From: a virus | IMG/VR virus record: IMGVR_UViG_3300030328_002400 | Location: 1-64,000 of that record | Reading direction: 5' to 3' (one strand) | DNA: 64,000 nucleotides | In this document: positions 29,276 to 40,326 of the stretch, in pieces | How positions within the stretch are numbered: the first letter of the stretch is position 1 | Layout of the letters: every line of letters starts with the position of its first letter | Translations under genes and position numbers: made by a program | The notes under the pieces: generated by a model | Seen by the model: the letters and a program-made list of their open reading frames with translations, nothing else | What the model was told of the DNA's origin: nothing | Database searches by the model: none

Positions 29276-30244
29276 ATGGGTAAATTAGGAAAAATCTCTA
29301 CGATTAAAAAAGAGTATAATAGCAGTCAGATACAGACCCTTCAGAGTGGTCTATCTAAAGCAGGTATGACAAGAATTCCTGGTACAGGGGTTTTTAAGTA
29401 TCCTTATAAAGAGTTAGATGGTAAATACCGAACAGGTCTAGATCCTGATGCTGGTTACATTAAAAGAATTCAAGATCCACTTGAAAAAGAACTGGAGATT
29501 GAAAGAGTAACTGCACTTAGAGACAAGCTTCAAGCTGCTCTTGGTGATGTAGACTTAGGACCAAGATCAAAGTTTTGGAACTATGGATTATCAACAGGAA
29601 CTCAAGATAACTTACATGTTAAAGCTGTAAAACTTTTAGATGGTGATAACATGTATGACTTAAATCTTCCTATTCAAGAGCTTTCTTTTGCCTGGTTAAG
29701 AGTGCATCCAACAATTGCATCTTCATACCAAGCTTGGGAAAGAGGTGAATTTCCAGCAGATACACAGTTTTATGTTGTAAATGATGAGATTGAAAGTCAA
29801 ATAGTTTACAAGAAGAAGCAATCTATAAACAAAGCTATCATTAAATTTGATGCAATGAGTATGGAGAAGAAGAGAAAAGTTGCAAGACTACTTGGATTAC
29901 CAGTATCGACAGACTCAAAAGAAGAAGTTGTTTATAACTTAGTTGATAACATGTTAAAACAATCTGAAGTTAAGAGTGGAACCTTCAAAGGATTAAATCC
30001 TGTAGAAGTTTTCAGTAGATTTGCTGATATGAAAGACAATTTACTCCATATAAAAGATTTAATTAAACAAGCTATCCAACATTCTATCTATAGAGTTAAG
30101 CCAAGTGGCAAGATATATGAAGGAGATTATGAGGTAGCAATGGATGAAGACGAGTTAGTTAAATATCTAGTTGATGAAGATCACCAAGATGATTTAATAG
30201 TGCTTGAAAAGAAATTAAAATCTAAAAAACTAGCTGCGGTATAA
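29276..30244 (+). CDS. conserved crAss-like protein downstream of MCP
   Basis: 322 aa in the conserved capsid-module position. Confidence 0.6.
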   Translation: MGKLGKISTIKKEYNSSQIQTLQSGLSKAGMTRIPGTGVFKYPYKELDGKYRTGLDPDAGYIKRIQDPLEKELEIERVTALRDKLQAALGDVDLGPRSKFWNYGLSTGTQDNLHVKAVKLLDGDNMYDLNLPIQELSFAWLRVHPTIASSYQAWERGEFPADTQFYVVNDEIESQIVYKKKQSINKAIIKFDAMSMEKKRKVARLLGLPVSTDSKEEVVYNLVDNMLKQSEVKSGTFKGLNPVEVFSRFADMKDNLLHIKDLIKQAIQHSIYRVKPSGKIYEGDYEVAMDEDELVKYLVDEDHQDDLIVLEKKLKSKKLAAV

Positions 30245-30273
30245 GTGGCTAGTTTTTATAAAACTAGTTAAAT

Positions 30274-31005
30274 ATGATACCAGTCGATAGTTTATTATAC
30301 AAGATTGACCAAAAACTAAATAAACTATCAACTAATGAGCATCAACAAATTGCACTAGAAGACAAAATCTTGAGTTTGAATGAGGCTCAGATTAAGTTGA
30401 TAAAACAAAAAGTTGATGGTTTTCCAGTCCCTAACAAGTTAGGGTTTGATGCCTTTAAAAAAAGGTATGAAGATTTACAGAATCTAGTTGTAGATTTTAC
30501 CAACCAACCACTAGCATTAGTGGAATCAAACAAAGAATTACATCAGTGGGATGCTGACCTTACACAGCTTAAACCTAAATACATGTTTTATGTAGATAGT
30601 TATGTGTTAGCTGATAAAGGAAGATGCAAAGACCGTAAGATTTGGATTAATAAAGATCTAAGTAAGCATGGAGATATCTCTCTACTACTTAACAATGATC
30701 ATTACAAGCCAAGCTTTGAGTATCAGGAGACATTAAATGCATTGTCTTCTAACAATATAAGTATCTATACGGACGGTACATTTACCCCCACAATGATATA
30801 CATAATGTATATGAGATATCCTGTATATATAAACAAAGCAGGGTATATCATGCTGGATGGGACACCATCCACGGATGTAAATTGTGAACTAGAAGAATAT
30901 CTAGAAGATGAAATTGTAGATTTAACAGTTCAGAATCTAGCTATGTACACAGAGAACGCTGCTGCTGTACAAAGTGCACAATTTAGAATCCAAACAAATG
31001 AATAA
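30274..31005 (+). CDS. putative head-tail ring/adaptor protein
   Basis: LNEAQ, YMRYP, CELEEYLEDEIVDLTV pattern typical of crAss ring proteins. Confidence 0.55.
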   Translation: MIPVDSLLYKIDQKLNKLSTNEHQQIALEDKILSLNEAQIKLIKQKVDGFPVPNKLGFDAFKKRYEDLQNLVVDFTNQPLALVESNKELHQWDADLTQLKPKYMFYVDSYVLADKGRCKDRKIWINKDLSKHGDISLLLNNDHYKPSFEYQETLNALSSNNISIYTDGTFTPTMIYIMYMRYPVYINKAGYIMLDGTPSTDVNCELEEYLEDEIVDLTVQNLAMYTENAAAVQSAQFRIQTNE

Positions 31006-31033
31006 TAACTATAACCCTTAAATACAATAAATT

Positions 31034-32182
31034 ATGAGTACATTCGCGTTAACCACGTTATTCGTGGTGCCAGTAGGAGAATCTTTGCCTAGCTCTGGTA
31101 CGAAATCTACCCAAGACTTAGCTGCAGGGGAACTTGGATTTTTCAGTAGTACTTACACTGCTGTTGATGCAACAGACATTGCTGCTTCGCCATATTTCTA
31201 TGTGGCACAAGGTAGAGCAAATACTTATTTGCAAGGTTCTAAAAGATCCGACAAAATTAAAGGATGCCCAGGTGAGGGATCCGCAGTGAAAACCTGTAAT
31301 TCTAATGTAACAGAATGGTATAAAGTTTCTGGTTGTGCAACAGCTGCTAATCAGATTACTGACATCACAGACTTCAAAGTACAATGTGGTGAGATCGTTA
31401 CTGTAACACTTAGAGCATTTTCAAACTATATTAATACATTATACTTTAACGGATTTACACGTTCGGTAACTGTACAAGCACCTTGCTGTGATTGTGGTGG
31501 TGATCCATGTGTTGATGTTGATGTAAATGCATTAATCGATTCACTTATCGTTGCTTTCAATAAGAAAGCTCCAGGTAATAACCCAGACAACGTTTCTTTC
31601 GATAGTTTCTTTACTTTCGAAAATGTTGGTGGAACAATCTTAAGAATTCATGGTAAGCCATTAACTAAATATGGTCAACCTTGTGATGTTGCTGCATTCC
31701 CATTTGAATATGACAGAATGTACTTTAATTCTTTTGTATATGAAGGACCTGCTACAACTGCTGACTTCATCGTTGCTGATGCTTGTAACATTGTTGCAAC
31801 ATCTTCTGTAGTCCAAACTGCTAGTTACCCTTCAGGATTATCTGCTGAATGGAAACAAGCTGAGATCAATTACTATAGCTACCAAGCTGGGTACTTGAAG
31901 TCTCTATATAGAATGGGCGGTTACAATGAAAACTTTGAGTCTTATGTAGCAGACAACATTGTGTATGATAGCTATTATATCCGATTCAACGAATATGATA
32001 AAGCTGCTTACCAATGGGGAGATTATATCCACATGGACAATATTGTTATAATTGCTGTACCTAATAATGATGCTTCTGCAGGACAATCTGCGGCAATATC
32101 AACTGTATTAGTTGCTGCTTTAGGAGCTGTAGTAGATAACAATGAGTGTATCACTACAACTACAACAACAACTGCTCCGTAA
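31034..32182 (+). CDS. putative auxiliary capsid/structural protein, Cys-rich, with Thr tail
   Basis: MCP-like codon bias, followed by a terminator; ends CITTTTTTTAP. Confidence 0.55.
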   Translation: MSTFALTTLFVVPVGESLPSSGTKSTQDLAAGELGFFSSTYTAVDATDIAASPYFYVAQGRANTYLQGSKRSDKIKGCPGEGSAVKTCNSNVTEWYKVSGCATAANQITDITDFKVQCGEIVTVTLRAFSNYINTLYFNGFTRSVTVQAPCCDCGGDPCVDVDVNALIDSLIVAFNKKAPGNNPDNVSFDSFFTFENVGGTILRIHGKPLTKYGQPCDVAAFPFEYDRMYFNSFVYEGPATTADFIVADACNIVATSSVVQTASYPSGLSAEWKQAEINYYSYQAGYLKSLYRMGGYNENFESYVADNIVYDSYYIRFNEYDKAAYQWGDYIHMDNIVIIAVPNNDASAGQSAAISTVLVAALGAVVDNNECITTTTTTTAP

Positions 32183-32214
32183 GAAGAGAGTTACATAAAA
32201 CAATACTAACCTAT

Positions 32215-32265
32215 AATACCAGAGGTGAGAGGATTAAACGCTCAATCCTCTGGTATTTTTTTTTT
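32215..32265 (+). terminator. intrinsic terminator
   Basis: AATACCAGAGG/CCTCTGGTATT stem followed by a T10 run. Confidence 0.8.
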
Positions 32266-32276
32266 AATCAATCCTT

Positions 32277-32843
32277 ATGGCAGCCAATTTACAGTTAGAT
32301 CTTATTGTACCTCCTAGTTATAGTGTAAAGTTACTTGCAGTTACTGATGCGTCTGTATATCCAGATGACCCACCATTAGTTTCATCTCCTACAATTGAAA
32401 TAGAGATACCTAACTTTGGGACACAAATCTTACCTTTTAAACCTTTAGAGACAAACATTTTTGCATCCGATACTTTAGGAATAACTGAAGCTGGATGTAA
32501 ACAAGATATTCCAGACGGTATATACTATCTGAAATACTCTATTGCACCTGCATATAAGAATTATGTAGAGAAAACAATAATGCGTGTTGATAAGCTTCAA
32601 GAGAAGTTTGACAATGCGTTTTTAAAGTTAAATATGATGGAATGTGATAGTGCTCTAAGAGAACAATCAAACGTTACATTAAATACCATTAACTTCTTTA
32701 TTCAAGGATCATTAGCAGCTGCTAATAATTGTGCTGAAAAAGAAGCAATGAAACTATACCATCAAGCTAGTAATATGCTTGATACATTTATAAAATCAAA
32801 TTGTGGTTGTACAGGAAACAATTACAAAATAAACTTTAGATAA
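32277..32843 (+). CDS. putative tail structural protein
   Basis: 188 aa; IPDGIYYLKYS motif seen in crAss-like tail hub proteins. Confidence 0.5.
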   Translation: MAANLQLDLIVPPSYSVKLLAVTDASVYPDDPPLVSSPTIEIEIPNFGTQILPFKPLETNIFASDTLGITEAGCKQDIPDGIYYLKYSIAPAYKNYVEKTIMRVDKLQEKFDNAFLKLNMMECDSALREQSNVTLNTINFFIQGSLAAANNCAEKEAMKLYHQASNMLDTFIKSNCGCTGNNYKINFR

Positions 32844-32844
32844 T

Positions 32845-32955
32845 ATGGCACAGTGTGCATCGTGTGGTGTTAAGGTGGGATGTGGTTGTAGACTAAAAGA
32901 TGGTCTATGTGCTGCCTGTAAAGCTAAATTAGAGAGAGACAAAGGTAAAAAGTAA
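32845..32955 (+). CDS. 36-aa Cys-rich peptide
   Basis: MAQCASCGVKVGCGCRLKDGLCAACKAKLERDKGKK; exactly fills the gap. Confidence 0.55.
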   Translation: MAQCASCGVKVGCGCRLKDGLCAACKAKLERDKGKK

Positions 32956-32960
32956 GATAT

Positions 32961-35900
32961 ATGATATCCCCAAGACTAACGAATTGTAAGGAGTGTGCAA
33001 ACATTCCTGATTTACTTAGAAAGATAGACTGCAAACTTGCAGAGCTTGGCAACAATTTATACAACAATGTTGTATTTGCGTTGAACCGAGACATTGCTGT
33101 TAGTCAGATATCTGAACTGTTAGTCTACAAACGTGTATTACAACACAGATTTTGTGATACTCATTATGCTGAAAGTTGTCCTAATGTAAGTACCGAGGAT
33201 ATTGCTAGCAAGGTTATTCGTCTTACAGTTGGTTGTGTACCATTCTGTAATGAACCAACAGTATGTGAAATTACTACATGTGCTATCACTCCTTGTCCTA
33301 ATCCTACAACTACTACTACTAGTACATCTAGTACAAGTACAACTACTACAACTTCAACAAGTAGTACAACAACAACTACAACAACTCTTAACTGTAACTT
33401 TAGTGGTGTGATTGATTGTAATATTACAACAACAACTACCACCACTCCAGCACCTACAACAACTACCACAACAACTTACTTCCCAGATCCATTTGGTATA
33501 CCATGTCTATGGTCTACTAATGGAGGTGATCCAGGATTAATTGGTGTGTATGACTTTGATACAAACACAGCTACGGATGTATTAGTTCCTAATGACTTTA
33601 ATCAGACAGTAGGTATTGAGAGACCTATCTGTGCTACAGAAGACAAAGTATGGTTAGCTAGTATAGTTGATCAAGGATCTAATCTAGATAATGATAATGA
33701 TGACAAAGTATATATTAGAGAGTGGGATATAGATGCAACTGGTACAGTTCCTACATTAACTTATGTAAGAGAGATAACCGTACGTACAGGACAGTACAGT
33801 GGAGCTAATCTCGGAGGAAGTTCTGTATGGGCTATGACTGCGATAGACAATGATACCCTTATCATTGGAACAGGTTATGAATTAACAACAGTACTTCCAG
33901 GTACTGGTGGAACTGGTAGTATGTATATTCATGAATTTAGTATTGCAGCTGCAGGAGATATTACAGTAAATAATAATGATCTTTCATCTGCGTGGGCAGC
34001 TTCTGCAGGTGTAAATACATCTAAAATAAGTAACCTTACCTATACAAACTCAGGACAACTTGTATTAGGATATAGAACAGATTTGTTCCCTGATGGATCT
34101 GGACAGTCAATTTACGTAGGTAACTACATAAGAGTGTTCCCTGTAACTCCAAGTAATCCTGAATTTCTTATAAGCAATCAAGCTATTCAAGAACAACACC
34201 TACAGAATAATGGATATCCACAGTTTACAAATACTTATACAGGAGTAAAAGACGCACCTTTCTGGGGTGTTAATGGATTAGCACAAGTGTTACATCCAGA
34301 AACTTTAGAGGTTTACACAATGGATCAATCAGCTCCTTACAACTTAACACTTACTACTCAGGTAATTAGTTCTAATGAGTGGTTGAGTTCAGCTACACAT
34401 TGTTCTAATATTGAATTTGTAACTTCTGAAGTTGATCCTGATTGTGGTCTTACATGGTTCCCTGCTTTCTTGGATGATGATGGTATTTATCTAGGACAAC
34501 AAACATTCCAATATCAAGGAATGACATGTACAGCAAGTCTATCAGGTAATATAAACGCATGGTCATTCCAAGGAGCTAGTTCTGGTGGATTCTTAGGATG
34601 TAGTGGACTTACAAGACCATCCTCTGAAGGACAAGTTGTGAGTCGTATGGTACAAGGTAATAACTTTGGTATTACAATTACCTTCCCTATAGCGATGAAT
34701 AATCTTCCAATTAGAGCTGGAGTTCTAAATAGTAATGCAGAGGGTACTTCTGGTGATGTATACTATGTAGAAACTAACGGTGGAACTCCAACACTTTCCA
34801 TAAATCAAGGATGTTATGTTCAAGTTGATGGTAATAGACTATTCGGTGGAGTACCAAATCCTCCATTAGAAACTGCATATGGTAATGAAGGAGATGGAGA
34901 GTTTTTAGTTACTGCTCCTTCTAACTTCACAACTATGACTATAACTGGTAACGCACCAACAGGTGGACCATTATTCTTAGGATGTGCAACTCCTCCTTCA
35001 AATTGTGTATTAGTTTATTCTACAGATGCAGCTGGTTCAAACAATTGTAATAATCCAAGTAATGCAGGAAGATGTTACCCTGGAGTAATAGCATTTAAAA
35101 AATACTTTGCTTGGGATGTAAATGCAAATACTGAACAAGAAATATTATTACCACCAGGCACTGCAACAGGTTCACCTAACTTTGGAATAAGTGAAAACTA
35201 CCTTATAGTAGATAAACCCCTTATAGGAGGCATACCAAAAATAACAAGGTATGGATACACAAATGTAAATGGAATTCCTTCGAATCTTACATGGAATGAA
35301 GAATTTATTGATTATCCAAATGACGATGTGAGATTCTATGGTGCTGTAATGACAGCAGTAAATGACAACAAATTCTTAGGAAATTGGCAACAAGGAGCTA
35401 ATTCTCCAAACGCTGTAAGTAAAATATTAGAGTGGGATCTTGTAGGAGGAGTATTATCTTACAATGTTAAAATAGATTTATCAGCAACTACAGGTTACTT
35501 TGCATCAGGAGATCTATTAGTACTGTTTAATCAAGATGGCACTCCAAGTAAGATTATTATTGGGGCTTTTATTCCACCATTAGACGAAAGTGGTCAAGCA
35601 AGCTGGATACTGCAGTTTGATTATGAAACAAATACATTGGATGGAGTTGTAGCCGTACCATCAGGTATAAGAACTTCTGCAGCAATAGGTTTTTATGATG
35701 GAGGTATTTATATTGGACCTTCTACTATATCGGCATCCCAACCAGACCTTACAGGAGTTTGGAGATTAGATGTAGAAACTCAAGAATGGACAAAACTAGA
35801 TAATCCACCTTCTAATATGGGCTTCCCAACTAATGGACCTGGTGACTTTGCTTCTACTCCTGAATGTAGAATTAGTGATGGACTGGTATTTGGTGGTACA

Positions 35901-36008
35901 ACTACTACAACTACAACAGATCCTAATACAACAACCACTACAACCACTGCAGTTCCAGGAGTAAGAACAATATTTACTAAATTTAACCTTTTTAACCAAT
36001 CAGTATAA
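32961..36008 (+). CDS. modular virion appendage/adhesin with Thr linkers
   Basis: Cys-rich N-terminal anchor, Thr runs, two related beta-rich repeats. Confidence 0.6.
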   Translation: MISPRLTNCKECANIPDLLRKIDCKLAELGNNLYNNVVFALNRDIAVSQISELLVYKRVLQHRFCDTHYAESCPNVSTEDIASKVIRLTVGCVPFCNEPTVCEITTCAITPCPNPTTTTTSTSSTSTTTTTSTSSTTTTTTTLNCNFSGVIDCNITTTTTTTPAPTTTTTTTYFPDPFGIPCLWSTNGGDPGLIGVYDFDTNTATDVLVPNDFNQTVGIERPICATEDKVWLASIVDQGSNLDNDNDDKVYIREWDIDATGTVPTLTYVREITVRTGQYSGANLGGSSVWAMTAIDNDTLIIGTGYELTTVLPGTGGTGSMYIHEFSIAAAGDITVNNNDLSSAWAASAGVNTSKISNLTYTNSGQLVLGYRTDLFPDGSGQSIYVGNYIRVFPVTPSNPEFLISNQAIQEQHLQNNGYPQFTNTYTGVKDAPFWGVNGLAQVLHPETLEVYTMDQSAPYNLTLTTQVISSNEWLSSATHCSNIEFVTSEVDPDCGLTWFPAFLDDDGIYLGQQTFQYQGMTCTASLSGNINAWSFQGASSGGFLGCSGLTRPSSEGQVVSRMVQGNNFGITITFPIAMNNLPIRAGVLNSNAEGTSGDVYYVETNGGTPTLSINQGCYVQVDGNRLFGGVPNPPLETAYGNEGDGEFLVTAPSNFTTMTITGNAPTGGPLFLGCATPPSNCVLVYSTDAAGSNNCNNPSNAGRCYPGVIAFKKYFAWDVNANTEQEILLPPGTATGSPNFGISENYLIVDKPLIGGIPKITRYGYTNVNGIPSNLTWNEEFIDYPNDDVRFYGAVMTAVNDNKFLGNWQQGANSPNAVSKILEWDLVGGVLSYNVKIDLSATTGYFASGDLLVLFNQDGTPSKIIIGAFIPPLDESGQASWILQFDYETNTLDGVVAVPSGIRTSAAIGFYDGGIYIGPSTISASQPDLTGVWRLDVETQEWTKLDNPPSNMGFPTNGPGDFASTPECRISDGLVFGGTTTTTTTDPNTTTTTTTAVPGVRTIFTKFNLFNQSV

Positions 36009-36009
36009 G

Positions 36010-39000
36010 ATGGAAGTAACACAAGCAGTACATGATAAGATTTTAGAGCTACACAAACTGTATCCTAAAGCTACTGGTATTGGGCTAGGGAAGAAGATAG
36101 TTAATGGAGTGGACACTGGAGAGTTTGCTATTCAAATAGCAGTTCCAGAAAAGAAACCAATTTCTCAAATACCAGCAGGTGAGTTAGTGAGTGCTGAAGT
36201 GGATGTAGATGGTTTAAAAATAAAAACTGATGTCGTAGAAATATCTTATAATATACGTATGACATGTGACGGTGATTGTGGTAATATAAATCCTAATCCA
36301 CATAATGCAGCCAATAGAGCTACCCAAAGACCTTTAAAAAGTGGAATAGCTGTATCAAGTAGAAACAATGATTCAACTGTAGGAACTCTAGGAGGTTTTG
36401 TAATACACAGTGCAACTAGTGGTGTGGTGGGTTTAACAAACAATCACGTTTCAATTAATGATGCTTTCTTTACATCTGATAGAGACATTAATGGCTTTTT
36501 ATTAAATGACGCATTTCCTGTAAATAGAGTTTATAATAATGTACAAGGTCCTAGTACACCTACATCTAATAACTTCGGAGTAAGTTTAAGATATGTTCCT
36601 ATACATTCTATTGCTTCAGGACAAGTAAATCAAGTGGATGCTGCTATATGTTCAGTAGCACAGGAAGATTTTTCATCAACTGCATCTTGGTTACAAGTAG
36701 GACTGGAATCTATAATGGGACCAGACGCTCCACCTTTTGCAAGCACTCAAGAGTTAGATAATATATTAGCTACAAATCCTCCTTTATATACAGCTGGTTA
36801 CAGAACTGGTGCTAAAGGATTGGAACCTGAGTGTCCTCTAAGAGTAAGTTCTTCTCCTCAGCTAGTAAGTCCAATATGCTATCAAATGCAAAATCCTACA
36901 CAAGCTGATTTAGATCTTCTATGTGTTGATAGTGATTATGCTGTACCATGTACATTTACAAGATCTATACAGTTTGTAAAACCTACACAAGAAGATCCTA
37001 ATTCTCAAACTCCAGGATGTTATAACCCTATATATAGTGGTGATTCCGGATCTATGTTATTAGCAGATTTTAACGGAGTAATTAAAATAGTAGGACTAGT
37101 TTATGCTGGTTCAGGTAATGCTACTGGTACTATATATGGTCTCGCATGTAGAATAGATGATATAGTAGATCAATTAGGAATAGAACAATATGTAACCACT
37201 GGAGGAGTAGGATCATCATTAATGATAGACCCTGATAGTGTTGAATACATAACTATTGATGGTGCAAGTGATGAGAAAATTATATATTGTGAGAATGAAG
37301 AATACTGGCAAGTAGGATTTACAGGTTCACTAGAAGCTAACTGTGGGGGTAATACCACTACAACAACAAGTAGTTCTACAAGTACTAGCACGTCCACTAG
37401 TACATCAACTAGTACCTCTACGAGCACTTCTACGAGCACTTCTAGTACAACTACTAGTACAACTACCCCTGTACCTACAACTACAACTACAACAACTGTA
37501 GCACCATTAGTTGGATGTCTAGAGTTTGACTATACAACTCTTATAGTTAATGACACTTGGTATACATCACCTACAGTCCCAGCAACTAATCCCTCTCTAT
37601 ATGCTCGAGCTAATTTTAATACAGGACCAACTACAAACACAACAAGTTATACAAACTGGCTTGCAGTTCCAAATGTCAACTATGATGTAGTATTTAATAT
37701 AGGAGGAGTAGAATATAATGCAGTGTATCAATATACTAATGTTGGAGTTGGAGCAGTTACTGTTCCTCATGGTAACTTTAGTACTAACGCTAATATATTT
37801 TCAGCTATGTCTGCATTCCAATTTTCAAATATAGATATAAATGGTCAAGACTTAACATCAGTGCTTTCTACCTTTGATTACACAACTGGAGATGGTTATA
37901 AAGTTACTGCATATGGAGATTGTACACCAACCACTACAACAACAACTACTCCTGTGCCTACAACCACTACTACTACAAGTAGTTCTACATCTAGTACGTC
38001 CACTACAACAACTACTGCAGTTCCAACTGTTAAATTAAATTGGTATCTTGAGACTGATACTCCTGCGGATATAGATACTGTGAGTATGGAGATATCTAGA
38101 AATGGTGTATCTGAAGCCACCTCATCTATTACAACAGCAACAACCCCAACTACTGGATTCGTAGACTGTAATACAGGTGATACTATAGCTGTAACAATAA
38201 CCAACACTAAGGCTGGTACAAATAATCTTAATAATAGAGGAATTCTTGATGGTGTTGTTCTATTAAACGACACATCACTAGAAACTGGATCAAAAGTTTC
38301 TACATTCTCCTTTACAAAAACAGGAGCTACAGAGGATTTAGAAATGAAGGGAAATGTTGAACCTACAACCACTACTACTTCTACTACTACATCTTTTGTA
38401 ATGACTTGGGAGTTTGAAGGTGTAGAGCCTAGTACTACTAAGTCTTGGAGAGATACAACACTTGAAATATTTAATAACGGAGTTACAGTAGTAGGTCCTC
38501 TAACATTTGATTCAGGTACTCCTACAGGTAGTGGAACATTCACAGTGAGTCCAGGAGACAAGATAACTCAAAGTCTTACTACAGATAACAACCCTTCATC
38601 CTACCCACAATATGCAGAACATGAACAGTATAAAGGAAGTGTATCAGGAGGTGTAACTTTACTGGATACGGATTCAGGTTTTATAGCAGCTAATGGTTCT
38701 AAGACAGATACCTTAACTTTATTAACAATAGGTGCTACACCAACAGATCCAAAGATAAAATATAAAGTTATTGTAACTGCTGCTTCAACATCGAGTATTA
38801 CTGTAGATATGGAAGATATAGGAAGTACGGCTCAGTTTTTAAGTATTACTGATACAACAGATTCTAATATAGGAAAGTTCTTTGAGAAGACATCTACTAC
38901 AGCAAGTGATGGAACCTACACTACTGAGTTCTTCCAAGAAGGTCACGTATATGAATTAGAAATGTCTTATCAGAAATCAGCTCCTGGAGATGATGATACA

Positions 39001-39156
39001 ATATTACAAACAGCAATAGGGGCAGGTGCTTCATTAGTTTCAGATAGTGATACGGGTGTAGCTCAAAGTATAATAGGACCTATTACTACTACATTTAGTC
39101 CAACTAATGTAACTGGTGGAACTATAACAATCGGATTTAGTCAAACATCACCATAA
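36010..39156 (+). CDS. trypsin-like serine protease fused to Thr linkers and Ig-like domains
   Basis: GTLGG, TNNHV (His), VDAA (Asp), GDSGS (Ser); Thr/Ser linkers; beta-sandwich-like repeats. Confidence 0.75.
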   Translation: MEVTQAVHDKILELHKLYPKATGIGLGKKIVNGVDTGEFAIQIAVPEKKPISQIPAGELVSAEVDVDGLKIKTDVVEISYNIRMTCDGDCGNINPNPHNAANRATQRPLKSGIAVSSRNNDSTVGTLGGFVIHSATSGVVGLTNNHVSINDAFFTSDRDINGFLLNDAFPVNRVYNNVQGPSTPTSNNFGVSLRYVPIHSIASGQVNQVDAAICSVAQEDFSSTASWLQVGLESIMGPDAPPFASTQELDNILATNPPLYTAGYRTGAKGLEPECPLRVSSSPQLVSPICYQMQNPTQADLDLLCVDSDYAVPCTFTRSIQFVKPTQEDPNSQTPGCYNPIYSGDSGSMLLADFNGVIKIVGLVYAGSGNATGTIYGLACRIDDIVDQLGIEQYVTTGGVGSSLMIDPDSVEYITIDGASDEKIIYCENEEYWQVGFTGSLEANCGGNTTTTTSSSTSTSTSTSTSTSTSTSTSTSTSSTTTSTTTPVPTTTTTTTVAPLVGCLEFDYTTLIVNDTWYTSPTVPATNPSLYARANFNTGPTTNTTSYTNWLAVPNVNYDVVFNIGGVEYNAVYQYTNVGVGAVTVPHGNFSTNANIFSAMSAFQFSNIDINGQDLTSVLSTFDYTTGDGYKVTAYGDCTPTTTTTTTPVPTTTTTTSSSTSSTSTTTTTAVPTVKLNWYLETDTPADIDTVSMEISRNGVSEATSSITTATTPTTGFVDCNTGDTIAVTITNTKAGTNNLNNRGILDGVVLLNDTSLETGSKVSTFSFTKTGATEDLEMKGNVEPTTTTTSTTTSFVMTWEFEGVEPSTTKSWRDTTLEIFNNGVTVVGPLTFDSGTPTGSGTFTVSPGDKITQSLTTDNNPSSYPQYAEHEQYKGSVSGGVTLLDTDSGFIAANGSKTDTLTLLTIGATPTDPKIKYKVIVTAASTSSITVDMEDIGSTAQFLSITDTTDSNIGKFFEKTSTTASDGTYTTEFFQEGHVYELEMSYQKSAPGDDDTILQTAIGAGASLVSDSDTGVAQSIIGPITTTFSPTNVTGGTITIGFSQTSP

Positions 39157-39181
39157 GGTGAACAAATAAAATAATAAAATT

Positions 39182-40315
39182 ATGTCAACACAAAATTGCT
39201 CAAACTGTTATAACGGCTGTACTGAAATTACTTCAGACAAGTGCGTTAAATATACAGGTGTAGACGTTCCTATAATGGGAATACAAAATGGTGATTCTCT
39301 ATCTTATGTAGAGCAAGCACTTATTACCTTTTTAGGTTCTGCACTTGATGGCACAGGAATACATCCTGTTGTCCAACCGTCAGATATATGTCCTGTAGTA
39401 CAGGCTCATCTAGATGATTGTCAACCTTTATCTTTAAATGATTATTTAACTGCTATAATAAGAACTATATGTGAGTTAAATGAAGAAATAGCTAATTCAG
39501 GAAATCAAAAATCAGCAACTGCCTATAATTTAGAATGTATAGGAGCAGTTACAGATGATACTAGTACAGTAGAGGTATTACAACAAACCATAGTAAAGTT
39601 ATGTGAAGTTGAGCAATCACTGAATACTTTTATTACTGATGTTACTACTAACTATGTACAAATTGTTGACATAAATACATACATAGAGAATTATCTAAAT
39701 ACTAATCCTCAACAACAATTGATAAGTAATAGGATGGTTCCATATTCTGCTCAACCATATTTTGGACCTTTAACTCCATTTGATTCAAATGGTGCAGGTA
39801 TAGGTGACTGGGATAGAATTTTTCTATGTAATGGACAAAATGGAACACCAGATCTAAGAGGAAGAGTTGTAGTTGCTTCAACTGATATGGTTGGAAGTTC
39901 TTTATCTAATGTAGTTGATCCTGCGGTTGCTGGTAATCCTGCATACGATTTTGGAACAGTTCATGGATCTAATCAAGTTACTTTAACTACTGCTCAGATC
40001 CCTTCACATAATCATAACAATGTGGCTACTTCAATAATAACTCCTGCAGCTCACACACACCACTGTGTATCTTTAGGAAATCTTGATGAGACTAATCCTG
40101 TTGCAACTAACAACTTTGTTCAGGAAGGGAAATCAACAGGAGGTAACTTAGGATATGCTCTGAGAGGAACATCAGTTTCAGCTACTGTAGGATTAACTGA
40201 CAGTGTTAGTTTATCTTGTGCTACTGATGTAGATATTCAACCTTTTGGTGGAGGACTATCACACGATAACTACCAACCTAGTTATGCATCATACTATATA
40301 ATTTACATACCTTAA
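39182..40315 (+). CDS. tail fibre protein with collar domain
   Basis: FLCNGQNGTPDLRGR, GSNQVTLTTAQIPSHNH, HDNYQPSY..YII. Confidence 0.8.
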   Translation: MSTQNCSNCYNGCTEITSDKCVKYTGVDVPIMGIQNGDSLSYVEQALITFLGSALDGTGIHPVVQPSDICPVVQAHLDDCQPLSLNDYLTAIIRTICELNEEIANSGNQKSATAYNLECIGAVTDDTSTVEVLQQTIVKLCEVEQSLNTFITDVTTNYVQIVDINTYIENYLNTNPQQQLISNRMVPYSAQPYFGPLTPFDSNGAGIGDWDRIFLCNGQNGTPDLRGRVVVASTDMVGSSLSNVVDPAVAGNPAYDFGTVHGSNQVTLTTAQIPSHNHNNVATSIITPAAHTHHCVSLGNLDETNPVATNNFVQEGKSTGGNLGYALRGTSVSATVGLTDSVSLSCATDVDIQPFGGGLSHDNYQPSYASYYIIYIP

Positions 40316-40326
40316 TACTAAAAACA

